From positions 24,924,001 through 24,988,000 of the forward strand of contig NW_026889750.1 in the NCBI RefSeq assembly GCF_033153115.1: DNA of 64,000 nt, read 5' to 3'. A program made the position numbers and the translations under genes. A model generated the notes under the pieces. It ran no database searches. It was not told the origin of the DNA and saw only the letters and a program-made list of their open reading frames with translations. Origin of the DNA: Saccostrea echinata. Its lineage: Eukaryota. This document shows positions 20,301 to 42,002 of this stretch, one piece after another. Positions within the stretch are counted from its first letter, which is position 1, and each line of letters starts with the position of its first letter.

Positions 20301-22665
20301 GTAAAACAACGGCATCCTAGCATCCAAACATGCTCTACTAATATATACCAGTATATATTAATAAAAATGAAAAAAGTAAACTTAAGAAACTTATGGAAAT
20401 TCATTGAAAATTGTATTAAAAATTATGTGTAAAAATATCATGATAATTATCGTGATATTTTTGGAAAAAATTGTGATACAAAATTTTTGGCAATACCCAT
20501 CCCTACTAAGGATGGGGTTTAAGTTAAAGAAACTTGTAGGAGAACATCTCCCTGACAGAGTGCTTGTAAAGATATGATAGGTTAACACTGTAGTACCTTG
20601 GAAATCAGCCTCAAGGTGGGGAACACCTGGTTTTTTTAACGATTTTTGTTTCTGGTGTATTTTTATTTATATACCATTTATGGCCAAATTTTAAACCTTA
20701 ATAATAGTACAAACTGATTTGCACGGAATAACATATAGCTGGAACTGATGGAGAAATGACATATTTACCAGAAAATTTGGTTCATTGTATTCTAGAAGGG
20801 GGGGGGGGGGGAGTAAAAATTGTTGCTATTATTTTAGTATTAATAATTTTGTACATTGTTTTTTAAGCCTCTATAATCCACTGTAAAATGTTGATTATAT
20901 TCAAATTAAAAATGATTCTTTTTTTTTAAATCTTAATTCAATATAACTGGATGCTTCCAGTACTTCTAATTTTCTAAAAACATGCTTGTCTGATATTTGT
21001 TTTCATTTAAATCACAATTACTTCTGTTATAATAAATCTATCAATATATCTCATTGTGTTATATCACCAGCTTCATAACTTGGAGTATAATATGGGTTCG
21101 TGGGATTCTCATCAGGAGTTCCATATTGAATTATTTATTTTTTTTTAAAGATGAATAAGTTTTTTTTTGTCTTTACTAAAACCCCCTTCTTTTGAATTGG
21201 GAGAATTAAGCGAAGTGTTTTCTCAAATTTTTGATAATCACTTAATTAGATGATGAAATTTTAATTATACATACAATACAATTAATTTATTTATAATTGA
21301 TTATTATGTTATATACTTCAAATAATCCTTTAAGGTAAAAAAAATGTGATGTTAAAAAAATTCTTTATTTACACATATACAGATATAAATATATATGTTG
21401 TGGAATGAAATAAAAGACGTCTTGATCATATAGTGGTTTATTTGAGACTTGTTATTATCTATAATAGTAACGTAAAGTATTATGACGTCACAACAAAGTT
21501 AACCTTACATAAACTCGCGGATAATCCATGACAATATATCATAGGTGTTGGAAGCAAATTGAAAGTTGGGGGGGGGGGGGGGGCTAATTGAAGAGAAAAA
21601 AAATTCAAACCTGAAAAAAAAATTGACAATTAAAGCAAAAAAAAAAAGGAAAATTGTCCAACAAGCCCAAAAAAAGTTAGCCCCCCCCCCCAGTTCCGAC
21701 GCCTATGTATATTATAATAAACTCTCCATAAATAGCATATTTATGTATTCAGAACGAAACATTGTGGTGCGAACTATCTCAGGGTGAAAAAGAATGGACG
21801 CGAACCATGCACCAGCACGAAACATCCCGTTACCAGGGGAGGGGGGATTTAAGAGCTGTGTGTTATCCACACTTCCGGTGCCTGTGGTTTAATGTGTAAT
21901 GATGTTCCCAAAATTCCAAAAAAGGTTGCTTATCATTCCAATTTTTACAGCCAAGTCCCAAAAAATGGTTTGAGAGCCCTGGTTTCTCAGAAACATAACA
22001 TTCAAGTCATGTTTCATACATCAAGAAAGAAGGGGGGTCAAGAGCTGTATGTTATCCACACTTCAGATGCCTGTGGTTTAATGTATAATGATGTTCCCTA
22101 AATTCCCCCAAAGTTCGCTAATCGTTCCAATTTTTACAGCCCCAGTCCACACGCGTTTGTTTCATACAGTACACTAGTTTTCTACTATACAATAACACAT
22201 TATTGTAAAGTAGAAAACTAGCATACTGTATGAAACAAACGCCTGTGCCCCCGTCCCAAAAAGTGGTGTGAGAGCCCTGGTTTCTCGGAAACATAACATT
22301 CAAGTAAAGCATGAACAATCTGAGGAAATTCGAACTGTAAACCACCAGTGCTTCTTCCCTCAACACTTTCCAGTCTGCTCAATCTATTTTAAGTTAAGAC
22401 TGGAAGGGTTTTAAAATACATTTTTACATACGCAGTTGTCATTGCATCACTTTGCGTTATTATTATTTACAACTTGTAAAAAGTTCACCTTGAACTATAT
22501 ACTATTCGGTTTTCTATTAAGATTGCAATGTGTTTGATGGCAAAAAAACAATACCCTGTAAATTATCCCATGTCATAAAGTTATAATTCATTACTTATTA
22601 TTAACTTACCCGATTAAGCAAAAATTGCGTGATAATGATTGAAGTCCATAAAGACGTAAAGCCAT
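14399..22665 (-). CDS. ATP5IF1: Mitochondrial ATPase inhibitor IF1. Exons 22665-22610, 19874-19806, 16892-16829, [16584-16504 or 15847-15767], 14461-14399; 110 aa with one alternative exon, 137 aa with both
   Basis: MALRLYGLQSLSRNFCLIGCRMM (presequence-like) [40 protein letters not shown][27 aa]-EAIKRHKQKISELAGKSDTD*; IREAGG.FGK.E.A.EE.Y and RHKQKI are IF1 signatures; all junctions GT-AG and in phase. Confidence 0.95.
15767..15847 (-). CDS. ATP5IF1: IF1 alternative exon 4b (His-rich): NAQQLKALKEHLDEEVHHHERIIKEHQ
   Basis: 81 nt, phase 0-0, strong polypyrimidine acceptor (TTTCCTTTCCTTTTCTTCCCACTAG), donor CAG|GTTAGT. Confidence 0.9.
16504..16584 (-). CDS. ATP5IF1: IF1 alternative exon 4a (His-poor): QKQQLKELRRHLSVEINILEKEVRNHQ
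   Basis: 81 nt, phase 0-0, acceptor TTGTAAATTAG, donor CAG|GTCAGG; 11 of 27 aa identical to exon 4b with the heptad pattern kept. Confidence 0.85.
18226..18950. repeat. Purine-rich minisatellite, ~13 units of 55-61 bp, in IF1 intron 2
   Basis: Unit AGAGGATGCAGTATCATCTCTAGGAGTAGAGGGAATGTTTAAT(AGA)nGGCAGA; GATGCAG recurs from 18229 to 18941. Confidence 0.95.
20140..20505. mobile_element. hAT-type MITE in IF1 intron 1
   Basis: TAGAGATGTG..CCCATCCCTA termini with perfect 8-bp TSD CTAAGGAT (20132-20139, 20506-20513); related internal sequence at ~52700-52860. Confidence 0.85.
21850..22305. repeat. ~190 bp tandem duplication; the second copy is interrupted by a 100-bp palindromic MITE (22148-22247)
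   Basis: AAGAGCTGT..TTATCCACACTTC..GAAACATAACATTCAAGT occurs twice; MITE arms CACACGCGTTTGTTTCATACAGT.. / ..ACTGTATGAAACAAACGCCTGTG with near-perfect 8-bp TSD CCCCAGTC / CCCCCGTC. Confidence 0.85.
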
Positions 22666-22717
22666 GTTTTATACTTTCTCCTTTCTCGAGTTTTCTCAGG
22701 AATAAGCTGGTTGGATG

Positions 22718-25243
22718 GAATTATGGATGTTTCGGGACCGCGATGTTTCGGGACCCCGACGTTTCGGGACCTGACAACACGTTTCGGGACTTGGGTTAAC
22801 ACGTTTCGGGACTTGGGCTAACACGTTTCGGGACTTCTAAATATTTTGTAAAGGAAATGAAATAAAACTTGTTTACTTGTGTTTTTATGCTTATACATGT
22901 ATAATTTCTCAGTTTGATACACAATTTATAATTTAAGAAGCACTGATTGGAGTTTTTATTAGTTTTAAAGTTTGCCTGCGGCATGGAGCACGCCTGCCGA
23001 GAAAATCAAACGCCCGCGGTTTTGTCTCTTTAATTTCTTATTACAGTATTTGACATATTACCTTTATAAAGTATTTGGTTAACATTTGACCAAAATTTAA
23101 TTCTTTTTTTTTTTTTAAAATATGTATTTGATTTATTTATAGTGTTTGATAAGAGAGTTTGTAGAATTAAAGCCGGGAGACAATCGTAACTGCTGTGTGA
23201 AGACCACGGACGTGTTTTTCTTTCTCTCCTTTTTAATAATAATTTTAGGTATTTGATTTCATATTTGTTTACAAAATTTACAAAGGCCCAAGCTAGCACA
23301 TGTGCAGTAAAAACTTTACGTTTTTGGGTAGTTGTTTTGAATCAGAATCTGAAATATTCCATCTTCAACTTTTTAAACATCAATGTATAAAATTTATAAT
23401 TATTATTTCAGGTTACATGTATATATGCAACAAAATCATAAAAGCAAATTTATACAAAATGTTACGGGTAAGAGAAATGTTATAACTTAAGCTATAAACT
23501 TCCTACACATCCATGTATACGTTAAGCAGAGAAGGAAAAAAAACGAAATGGGTAAGAAAATCAGCATGTATTTGACATTTCAAATATATATAACGTCAAC
23601 AGCTTGTAAAGTAAATTTTACTGAAAGTATGATGTGTATATATATACCATGTATGCAACATTTGGAAATTAACCAAACTTACTAATTTTCAAAATATAAA
23701 CACGTTTAACTTATTTTTCATCTTAACGTTTCAAAGTTAGACAATTTCTTCGTCTATGCAAAGTACATGTACTCGATGGCTTAAGAAAAATGATGAAAGT
23801 AATCGATTTTATTCATTTATTTTAATTAGAAAAAAATTATTCCCACGAAAGTCCCAAATATTCTCGCTATATATTATTGTACTATCAAAACTGTTAATTT
23901 GTCTACAATGATATGGATGTCTGAATTTATGTTTACTGTGTATACACAGACTACAAATCTCAATGAAACTCAATTATCGATCTTCTTATATACCCGACCA
24001 GTGCGTAATATTATATGTGGTGTTACATAGTTAGGTACATGACAAACTTTAAATAATACTGTAAATAAATACTAAATATTATTTAATTTGCAAATATTAA
24101 ATTTTTCATGCTACATGTACGTTGTAAAAGTGTTTAAAAGACATTCCACATTGACTACGTTAACAGGTCAACTTAAATTTCAAATTTCCACCTTGCCATT
24201 AAATAGATAAAGCTATGATGAAATTTAAAATGTTTTTAAAGACATTATTTGAAACGATATCAAATGAAATCATGTTGTTTATACCATTTAATGCTTTTTT
24301 TAAAGTATGGTATTTTTTTTAAATTTAGGGCCAATGTTCTCGCAACATTTGTAAAATATGTTTATTTACAATGTTTTGGAAACTTTAAAAATGTTTTCGT
24401 AACATTTCCAGGGAAGAATCTTACAGATACTATAGCCAAAACTTTTTGGAAAAAAAATATTTGAAACCGTTTGGGAAAAGGTAGACAAAATCAAGATCAA
24501 ATCATTTTGAAAACCTTTATATTTTGTTAAACTATTGTTTGATTCTGAATTATTTCATTTACCAATAAACAAACGATATTTTTTCCATATTTTTAGATTT
24601 TTATTTTCTTAAAATAATTTCAAAAGAAACCACACAATCTTTTTAGTTCCCATTACCGGCGGCGTCTTTATACATGTACGTAACACCTCCCTATGTATAG
24701 AGTATCAGTTGGGATATGTGTACCTGATCCCAGTTGTTGTTTTAACAATTTACTGACATGTTTTTTAAAGATATATTCGACGGTAGCTGGAGATCACTTG
24801 AATATTTTAAAATATCTATCATCAACCTGAGAAGATTAAATTTTGGACCCCCTCCCCCCCCCCCCCCATCACCACACACACAAGAAAAAATAACTAATAA
24901 AAAATGATAAAAAAAAAAAAAAGAAATAAAAATGAATATTGTAAAGATTTATTCTTCTTCGTCTGTTATAAAAAAAAACCCATCAAAGTATATCTTTATG
25001 ACAATTTTTATCACATATTTACATAAAAATTAAAATTCGGATTTAGCTTGAAATATTACGTACTATGTGTAATTAGAATAATATGCTATATCACCATAAT
25101 AAAATAATTTGTTTAGATCCCGAAAAAAATTAACTCAAGTCCCGAATCGTCTTTACCCAAGTCCCGAACCGTCTTGTTGCTAGTCCCGAAACGTCGTATT
25201 AGTCTGGTCCCGAAACGTCGTGGTCCCGAAACATCGTGCACCC
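22718..25243. mobile_element. 2.5 kb non-autonomous DNA transposon with inverted arrays of subterminal repeats
   Basis: Six GTTTCGGGAC copies at 22726-22835 and about six inverted (G)TCCCGAA copies at 25117-25235; 8-bp TSD GTTGGATG (22710-22717, 25244-25251); AT-rich interior with no convincing ORF. Confidence 0.85.
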
Positions 25244-25649
25244 GTTGGATGCTCCCGGGAACCAGTCAAAAACATCCTATAAAAGTTAAACCTGGAACGG
25301 TTAGGATTTTAATATACGGATTGGTTCATGCAGAGTTCAGTTAATGCTTTTGTTTTGTTTTGAACATACTGTAATTTATAAATAATGAAAAGGATCAGAA
25401 ACAAGTTCTATCAACTTATTAGTTCATCTCCTTAATATAACATGTAATAATTGTCATGCAAAAAACATCAAAAACTTAAATAAAATAATCACATTTATCA
25501 GGGACCTATATACTAGTTAGTATATAGGTCCCTGCATATATTAATATAGCTATATAAACCTACAGGATTCATTTATGAACTTGTGAACAGCAGCAAAAAT
25601 ACCATTGTTTAACTCTAATGATAAATTTTCATTGCCCCAGAGAAGTAGG

Positions 25650-26090
25650 TGTACATCTATGATATCTAAATCAAGTCTAAAAAGATAGTCAAAAAGATTA
25701 TTTCTAGCTTTATGATATTTTCTACAAACAAAGAAAAAATGATAGGCATCTTCTTGTTAACCACATGAGCAATAAGGATTGTCAATGATATTGCGTTTAT
25801 ATAAATCTTGGTTCAGTACACAGTTGCGTTTACCAAATAAAAAATAAGAAGGTGCTTTTGAGGCATTATCGCTTAAAATTTTACGAAAAGAATTAACTGA
25901 GATGGCTCCTCTTGTATCTGTATCCAATAAGTTCCATTTTTTTAACAGCATCAGGTACAAATGACTTATTAAATATTTCTAATCTGCCTCTTGGCACGTT
26001 AATTGATCTTTATTTCGTGTATTGTATTTTCATATAATTAATGCTTCACCATATCAGGAAATATTTTCCTGGTCGTTAATATGCTGTGCA
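25650..26090 (-). mobile_element. Degraded 3' fragment of a CR1-group LINE ORF2
   Basis: Translation KWNLL..R...S..SF..APSYFLFGKR..LNQDLYKRNIIDNPYCSCG is typical of non-LTR RT C-termini; stops and deletions present. Confidence 0.6.
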
Positions 26091-26374
26091 TGCAACTGCA
26101 ATCTAACTTCATCCGGTGTCAAATAATATTTGCTCCGCCTTGTATAAGGGTCCGCCTTAATGCCTCTTTTAGGTCCGCTTTTAGTCTTGTACATGTAACT
26201 TGTATGTTATAAATATTGTTCAATATATTTCATAAGTTTTACTGAAAATGTGGCAACTACATCAGAGACATAATTTTAGACATCTTAAATATGCATTTTT
26301 TTTTTCAAATTGCATCGAGCAAATATAAATAAATTAATATATATATATATTTTTAATACACATATAATGTTCAC

Positions 26375-26555
26375 AAATTTGGGGGTACTCTTTAGTGCCT
26401 CTGGAACTTTCTCATATGCCCGGGAAGACCTGTATAAAAAGGCTTTGAAAGCATTTTATGAACTGCAAAGGTATTTTTTGTCCTTGAAGCCAAGTGTTAA
26501 ACATTCTTCTATAGGGCTTGTCTTTCGGTTTGTCAAATGTAAAATAAATAAATTT
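26375..26555 (+). mobile_element. Degraded LINE (L2/CR1-group) RT thumb fragment
   Basis: LGVLFSASGTFSYAREDLYKKALKAFY resembles the YLG..F...G.F..A...L..KA.KA RT motif; ends in AATAAATAAA. Confidence 0.5.
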
Positions 26556-28216
26556 TTAATCTATTTTAAAAACACTTAAAAAGTTGTGACACTTTTGGAC
26601 AAAAAATATCATATTTTTAAAAAAAAAAAAAAAAGTATCATAGCTATACATAAACTCTACGTGTTTAGTTTTTAATTTTAATTTAGAGGTAATATTTTAA
26701 AAAACAATTAAAGGGGGGAGGGGCTTATCACTCCACAGTTATTTTATATTCACATCAACAGATTATGAAGTAGGTATGGTTCATGGGAACCTTTTCAACA
26801 ATTTCTATTTGGCTTTTAGGCTTTTAATTGTTAATACAAATCTGGATAAACCCAGGACCGCAGGAAGCAATTTCAGTAGGGGGGGGGGGGGGCAACTAAA
26901 CATTTTTTAGTTTGTTTTTTTAAAGGGGGGGGGGTATACGAAGTAAAAATTCCTTGACAAAAAAAAGTTTAGACTTTATCATTGAGGGGGCACGGTTCAC
27001 GAAGATAAAGTAGCTATGTTTTCTATAGCATACTAAATTATTATATATATATCGGTAAATTTAGGGGGGGGGGCACTCCCTTCCGGTTCCTACGACCATG
27101 AAACCATACTAGTGATTTACGTACCTGATTAAAAGATTTGATTTGCAAATATACGTGCTTACAGGTAAACTCTCTATGACAAATAAAACATGGGGCCGGC
27201 TTGCGCCGGTCATTGGGGGGGGGGGGGGGGTGAAGAATCGGAGGTGTGAAATCAAAATTTATAATATGACAAGAAGTCGAGAAGAAGTTCCAATTGCAGC
27301 CATGTATGGGATGATCTGGATCTGGAATAGGAACGCGGAATGCATGAAAAATGTGAAGGTAAATCTCATTCGTGTTAATTATTAATACATGTAGTTTCTT
27401 CAACATTGAAGACTAATTATCAGTAATTTGGGGGTTAATTATTAGTAGTTTTAGGTGGCATTCGGTCCTACAAAAGCAATAATCAAGCGTATGGAAAATA
27501 TTGAATACACATGGAATTATAAATTCGGTACATAGATCTGTCGTTGTCGTTTTCAGCTTCTTCAGAACCACTGAACCAATTTCAACTAAATTTGTCAGAA
27601 GGCATCCCTGCGTGGGTGTAAACAGGTAAAGGATTCAGATTTCTGTAAATAAAGGATCAGACCCTCTTTCACAGAGAGATAATTCAAAATTCAAAATTTG
27701 TGAAAATTTGGTGCAATCTCTTAATCCTTTCAAGAACCACTGAGCCAGAAAAGACTGAACTTATGATGAAGCTTCATTAATGAATGTGAATTCAAGTTTG
27801 TTCAAATCATGGCTGCTGGGTTTAGGATGGAGCCACAATAGGGCATATAATTAAAGGGGGGGGGTCTATAAAATTTGTCTTTTTTAAGAACAAATAAAAA
27901 GACCATGACTATAGTTACATCTATAATATATAGTTAACAATAGTGTAAAAATAGCCATGAGCATTCATTCAACCCTCTTAACAATTTTATGAGAAAAAAA
28001 GGCCTGGGAGTCTATATCGGGAGGAAGGGGGAGGGGTCCTGTTCTCAAGTACCTGTGACACTTTGATAAAATTGTAGCCTTCCTAAAGTTACTTGAATTG
28101 CAAAGATAATATATTTCTAAATTCAACAAAATCCTCTTCATATGCATGTATGAGTTATATTCTCTGTAAATAAAATAATTTCAGCCATGTACGCAGTATG
28201 TCTCTTGAATTATATT

Positions 28217-29290
28217 TTAGGTCAGCTGAGTCACTTAGGTGACCTCTAGTTATTTTCAGCTTCTTCGCTAGAACCGCATAAAATATGTAGGGGTGGGGGA
28301 AAACAAAAATTGTGAATTTCACAGTCCCCCGGAGGGCCTGAGGGATGGGTCTAAAACCATCAAAATTAAATCAATATTTTAAACTCTTCTTCTTTACTCC
28401 TAGACATCAAGCAATCAAACTGTTGCTATATTTGTAATAAGCTTTACACCCACTACCAAAATTAAAAAAAAAAAAATTCATGGCCCCCGGATCAGGGGTT
28501 CTGAAGTTGGGGGGGGGGGCTCTATTGATTATATAGCGAAAATATTATTTCTTTGAAAATCTTCTTGGTCTGCTCCTGAGCATCAAGTTAACAAACTAAG
28601 TACATGTACATAGTTATGATGAGCAAAGGTGCATCTTCGCTCCAAAATTGTGAACTTCATGACCCCAGGGTCAGGGGTTGTAGTGTTAGGGCGGGGCTCT
28701 GTTAATTATATAGCGAAAGTGCATGATTTCTCTGATTCTGGTCATCAATTAAGTTAATTAACAATCTGAGTACAAAGTGATGATGAACAAGGGTGCCTCT
28801 TCATTGCTCCTGGGTCGGGGATTCTGGTGCTAAGGCGGGGCGATATTGAATATATAGTGAAAATGCAATATTTCTTTGAAAATCTTCTCTGCTCCTGGGT
28901 ATTTAGCAGATAAGCTAAGTGCATGATTATAATGAGCAAGGGTATCTCTTCCAAAATTGTGTCCACATGCAGGATCAGCAGCACTTTTGAATATATAGTG
29001 AAAATGCATAATTCTTTTGAAAATCATCTTCTCTGGTCCTGGGTATAAAGGAAAAATCTAATGGTTGTGATGAGCAAAGGTGCCTCTTCCAAAATTGTAA
29101 ATTTCATGGTCCCTGGATTGGGGGCTGTCTATTGATAATTACATATAGTAAAAATGCAATATTTCCTTGAAAATCTTCTCTTCTCTTGTTATACACTATT
29201 AAGGAAACAAACTAATTTCATGGTTATAATGAGCAAGTGTGCCTCTTCCAAAATTATGAATTTCGTGACCCCAGGGTCGTGGGTTCCTCT
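28217..29290 (+). mobile_element. Degenerate HINE, same family as 38370-39445
   Basis: TAGGTCAGCTGAGTCACTTAGGTGACC head; ~172 bp units CCAAAATTGTGAA.TTCATGGCCCC..GGTCAGGGGTT. Confidence 0.7.
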
Positions 29291-29299
29291 TTCTTTTGC

Positions 29300-29460
29300 T
29301 CATGGACATATATTTCTTTACGAAACTTCTTAAAATAAGGCAAATTAAAACAAAGTGATATTCATCCGCTACTTCACCTTTACACATTCTACATTTTCTA
29401 TTCCCCAATTGTTACCATATCATCCTGTCTCAATTTCAAGATTATGAGAGAGAAGTCTGA
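29300..29460 (-). mobile_element. LINE 3' zinc-knuckle fragment
   Basis: NRKCRMCKGEVADEYHFVLIC fits the R.C..C....DE.HF.L.C motif of non-LTR elements. Confidence 0.5.
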
Positions 29461-29477
29461 TTTGACTATTTTGCTTT

Positions 29478-30760
29478 TTGTCCCCGCTTTCGTGAAAGCG
29501 ATGGGACATTAAATCTTATTCATCTTCCAGTCTGTCCGTCTGTCACAAAAACTTTAACCTTGGTCATAACGTTTTAATGAGAATAGAAAGGGCTTTCATA
29601 TTTCACATGTACATTACCTGTGACAAGACCTTTCCAAATATACTATGATTTCTTACCCCGTGACCTTGAAGTTTGACATACTTTTCAATATTTTAATATT
29701 ACTTTAAATTGGTCGTAACTTTTGAATAAGAAAAAAAAGGTTTCATATTAAATATGCTCATTACCTGTGAAAAGACCTTTCCAAATATACAATGATTTTT
29801 GATCCAGTGATCTTGAAGTTTGACCTACTTTTCAAAAATTTTATCTTTGCTTAATTATATCTTTTGATTGAGAAAAGATAGGGCTTTCAAATTTGACATG
29901 CGCATTATGTGAGAAGACGTTTCTGAACATGCGGAGATTTTCTACCCCTTGACCTTAATGTTTGACCTAATTTTCAAAAATGTTAACTGTGGTGATTACT
30001 TTTGAATGAGATATGATAGGACGTTCATATTTGACAAGTGCATTACCTGTGTCAAAATGTTTCTGAATATGCTATATTTGACCCAGTGACCTTGACCTTA
30101 AAGTTTGACCTAATTTCCAAACGTTATCTTTGCATTGTGTCAAAATGTTTCTGAATGTGCTATGATATTTGACTTGACCTTAGAGTTTGACATAATTTTC
30201 AAACATTTTATCAGTGTCGCTAACTTGTGAAGGAGCGAAGATTGGGCATTTATATTTGACACGTGCGTTACCTGTGACAAGTACGTGTATTTCCAAATGT
30301 ACTATGATTTTTAACCCCATAACCTTGACCTTGAAGTTTACTTAATTTAAAAAAAATTAATATAGTTGATAACTCTGGATTGAGAGAATATTGGCATTTA
30401 CATTTGACACGTGCATTACCTGTTTCAAGACTTTTGCGATTGTGTACTCTGGTTTTTTGACCTCGTGACCTTGACCTTTTTATTGTACATTTATAATAAC
30501 TTTTGAATGGGAGAAGATAGGGCTTTCATATTTCTACATGCACATTACCTATGACAATACCTTTCAGAAAATATATAATTTTTGACTTTATGACCTTGAA
30601 GCTTGACTTATAAAAATTTTTAACCTTGACCATAATCTTTATGCTCCAGAAGAGACAGGGCTTTCATATTTTTTTTTCACATGTGCATTACTTGTGACCT
30701 TTTGGATTGTATTATATTTGACCTCATGACCTTGATGTTTGGTGAAGTTTGACACACAAA
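29478..30760 (+). mobile_element. pearl/CvA-like HINE with ~150 bp GACCTTGA-containing tandem units (degenerate)
   Basis: TGTCCCCGCTTTCGTGAAAGCGATGGGACA head hairpin, (CTGT)n, units AGGGCTTTCATATTT.ACATG..ATTACCTGTGACAAGACCTTTC..TGACCTTGA. Confidence 0.75.
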
Positions 30761-33396
30761 CGAGACAGTAACAATATGCCATAAATAATGGCATCCCATC
30801 CAATAATACACCGAAAACAGGGGACCACAAATTGTTTAATTTGCTTATTGTGCATAAAAGATATAGGCTTACAAAGGGTCTTTTACATGTTCATAAATAT
30901 TCCTATTTGATAAACCATCGATTTTGTCCAATAGATTTTGAACACAAATGTCAATCTTTGTTTTATAATTATTGGGAATTTTTTTTTACAGCTAGCTCTG
31001 TCCATACCAAATATATCAACAAGAAGCAATCGGAAACATCAATTATGTTACTCCTCACTAAATAAACAAGCATTTCCAAAGCTTCAACAGGATTCATTGT
31101 AACTTTACTGGTAGACTTTCAAAGAGTATCAATGAGAACACAGTTGTTGACTTTAATACTGAAAGACAAAAAGATCCCAAAGGTCCTTAAACAATAAGTT
31201 CCTAAACTGGGAGCTCAAAGAAAAACCTTTAAAATTCACATGCTTGATTTTGGAAAATTTATTCATATTGCCTTATTTTAATTTCTAAAGATACATTCTT
31301 AAATGACATACTAACCATCACTTTTCTACTTATTTATTATATACTATTACAAGGAAACTGCAATGCCTAGAAAAATGACATATAAAAAGTATTATTATTT
31401 GGTTCACAATCCACAAAGTTTTCTTACCGAAATAAAAAGTCTCTAATTTAAAGCAAATATTTACTCTCATAAAAAAATGTCACTAAATCAACAAATTAAT
31501 TAAAACTGTTTCATTTCTCATTATTTTAGCAAAAATAACATGGCAGTATATTACACACACAAACAGTGGTGTCAAACACACAGGATGTATACTCTGAGAA
31601 CATGATATGACTAGGTAACCAACAACTGTTACTTTCACTTTCACCACTTACCCACATTTAAACCCCTCCTCCTCAGTTACACCTTGTCTACTTCACAACA
31701 TTGAGGATTACATGTATACAAAACATTCTATCAACATTAAAATGGTACTGAAGCACTGTATATATACTGGTGTCTTGTGTTAAAAAATTACATTGAAAAA
31801 TTTTCTTATCACCACATAATACTTGAATTTACTGTTTAACTGTCACAGAATAAAATGTAGATAAAGCAATCCATTACAAAAGATTACAAGAATGCATTGT
31901 TTTGTGCATTTTTTTTTAACTTGAGTGGGTTATTTATCAAAAGGGTGAAATGCAGATAAAATATAAACAATTACGAAAGGTTAAAAAAAAATTCAGCTTT
32001 TGAGCATGAAAGTTACTTCACCTTCTCAAGTTGTACATTGCTTTTGCTATAATTGTCTTTCGGTTTAACTGTCTTTGAGACACTGGACTTGACTATTCTT
32101 AACGTCCGAGTTAACCAAAAATGCTCAGTACATGTATTTGAAAAAAAAGTCATCTAAGAAAACATTGGAAAAAAAAATCATTGAAACTATCTTAATATTA
32201 AACAGGTATTACATTTAATACTTCAAACATCAAACAGTTTAAATTGTCCCTCTCGGAGGGAAATATATTGACACTTGTCCACTAATGTTCATTCATAAAT
32301 TGTACTGACCATTTTTTTCTCTTCCCCCCTCCCCCCCCCCCCCCCCCCTCTCTCTCTCTCTCTATTTTTTTTTTTTTTTTTTTTTAATATTTGGTGATTT
32401 TTTGCTGAGGTACATGTAAAAAAGAAAAAAGAACAAAAAAACACACACAGTTCAATGTCAGAGGTTTTTTGTTTACGTCTTATTCCACAGTGTTTGTTTT
32501 TCTGAACAAGGATTAATCTCTGATAATAGAGAGGTTGAGATCTTAAACTTGTACGTGTGCATAATCTTTGACATACACATTTTTGTAATTTGTCTGTTGA
32601 GATTTTAATGGAGTGTAACGTGAATGCCTACACTGTGATTGGTGGTTTCTGTTTCAACTATTTAGTAGTTTTATGACATTAGTTAATAAGCAAAACATGG
32701 TTAAAACAATTGTGCTCATGAAACTAAACATCCTAAATAATGTACAATAACATTTTCCCACAAAAATTGACTAATTTTTATTACAAAAGCTACAAGTTTA
32801 CACTTATGTGTAGATACCATTCTACAAGTTGTAGAAACATGTAGAAAACTTGTCGGCACTAAAACTGATGACGTAGTACGGGAGGAATTTAGGGAATTCC
32901 CATACTAGACGTACCCGTACATGTATTAAATCTCAACCTCTCTAATGACATAAGTTTGCATTATGTGTTACAAAAATTAAAATCCTACAAATGTATCATT
33001 TGTATGTACTAAAAAGAAATGTAACAATTACATTAATCACTCTAAAACAAAATGTTGAAGATTTTCCTCATATTGCAAGTGACTTCAAAACAACCATGTT
33101 TCTATAAATATATAATCATTTAAAAATCAATCAATTTGGCAGAGGAATAAGTATATACACTGCTACAAACAATAACCAAACAAACTGCAAAATTTTATAA
33201 GCAACTTCTGAACTTAGTAACTGATGTTAATTATCTTAAAACATTCTCTTTTAATAACAACACCAGTTTTCTTTGCTTTTTAAAAAAATATGAAAAGATA
33301 TTCAAGATAAACAAGAAAAATTCAGATCCTTTTTTTTTTAACCTCGGTTGTGTGATGACTTGCTTCACCAGTACTTGGCCATTAGATGGTGTTCTG

Positions 33397-41660
<8,264 letters not shown>

Positions 41661-42002
41661 GCATGCATTTGTTTATGAGTTGTAGTTTTGAGTGATACTA
41701 TGTATAATTAAGAGTATATGATTTAATAATATTACTTGACACACTGAAAGATTCTGTTAAGAGTTATCACAATTTCAAGTGTTGGAGGAAGAAGTAGACA
41801 CTATTATTAAGAAACACAATTCTGTATATCGGTTTTTGATTTCAATGAAAGGTGTTGCAATGGAAACAAAAAAAAAAAAAAGAAGAAGAAGAAATTTCTG
41901 TGAAATGCTTTCAAAACGCAACTCCTCCTGATCCTTCAGTTTTGGTCTGATTTTGATATAACTTGGCACACAGGTAGACTGCACTAAGATACATAATTCT
42001 AT

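Noticed and set aside
22726-22835. CRISPR-like regularly spaced short repeats
   Set aside because: Repeats are only ~11 bp with 3-10 bp spacers, are mirrored in inverted orientation 2.3 kb away and bounded by a TSD; no cas genes; eukaryotic context. These are transposon subterminal repeats.
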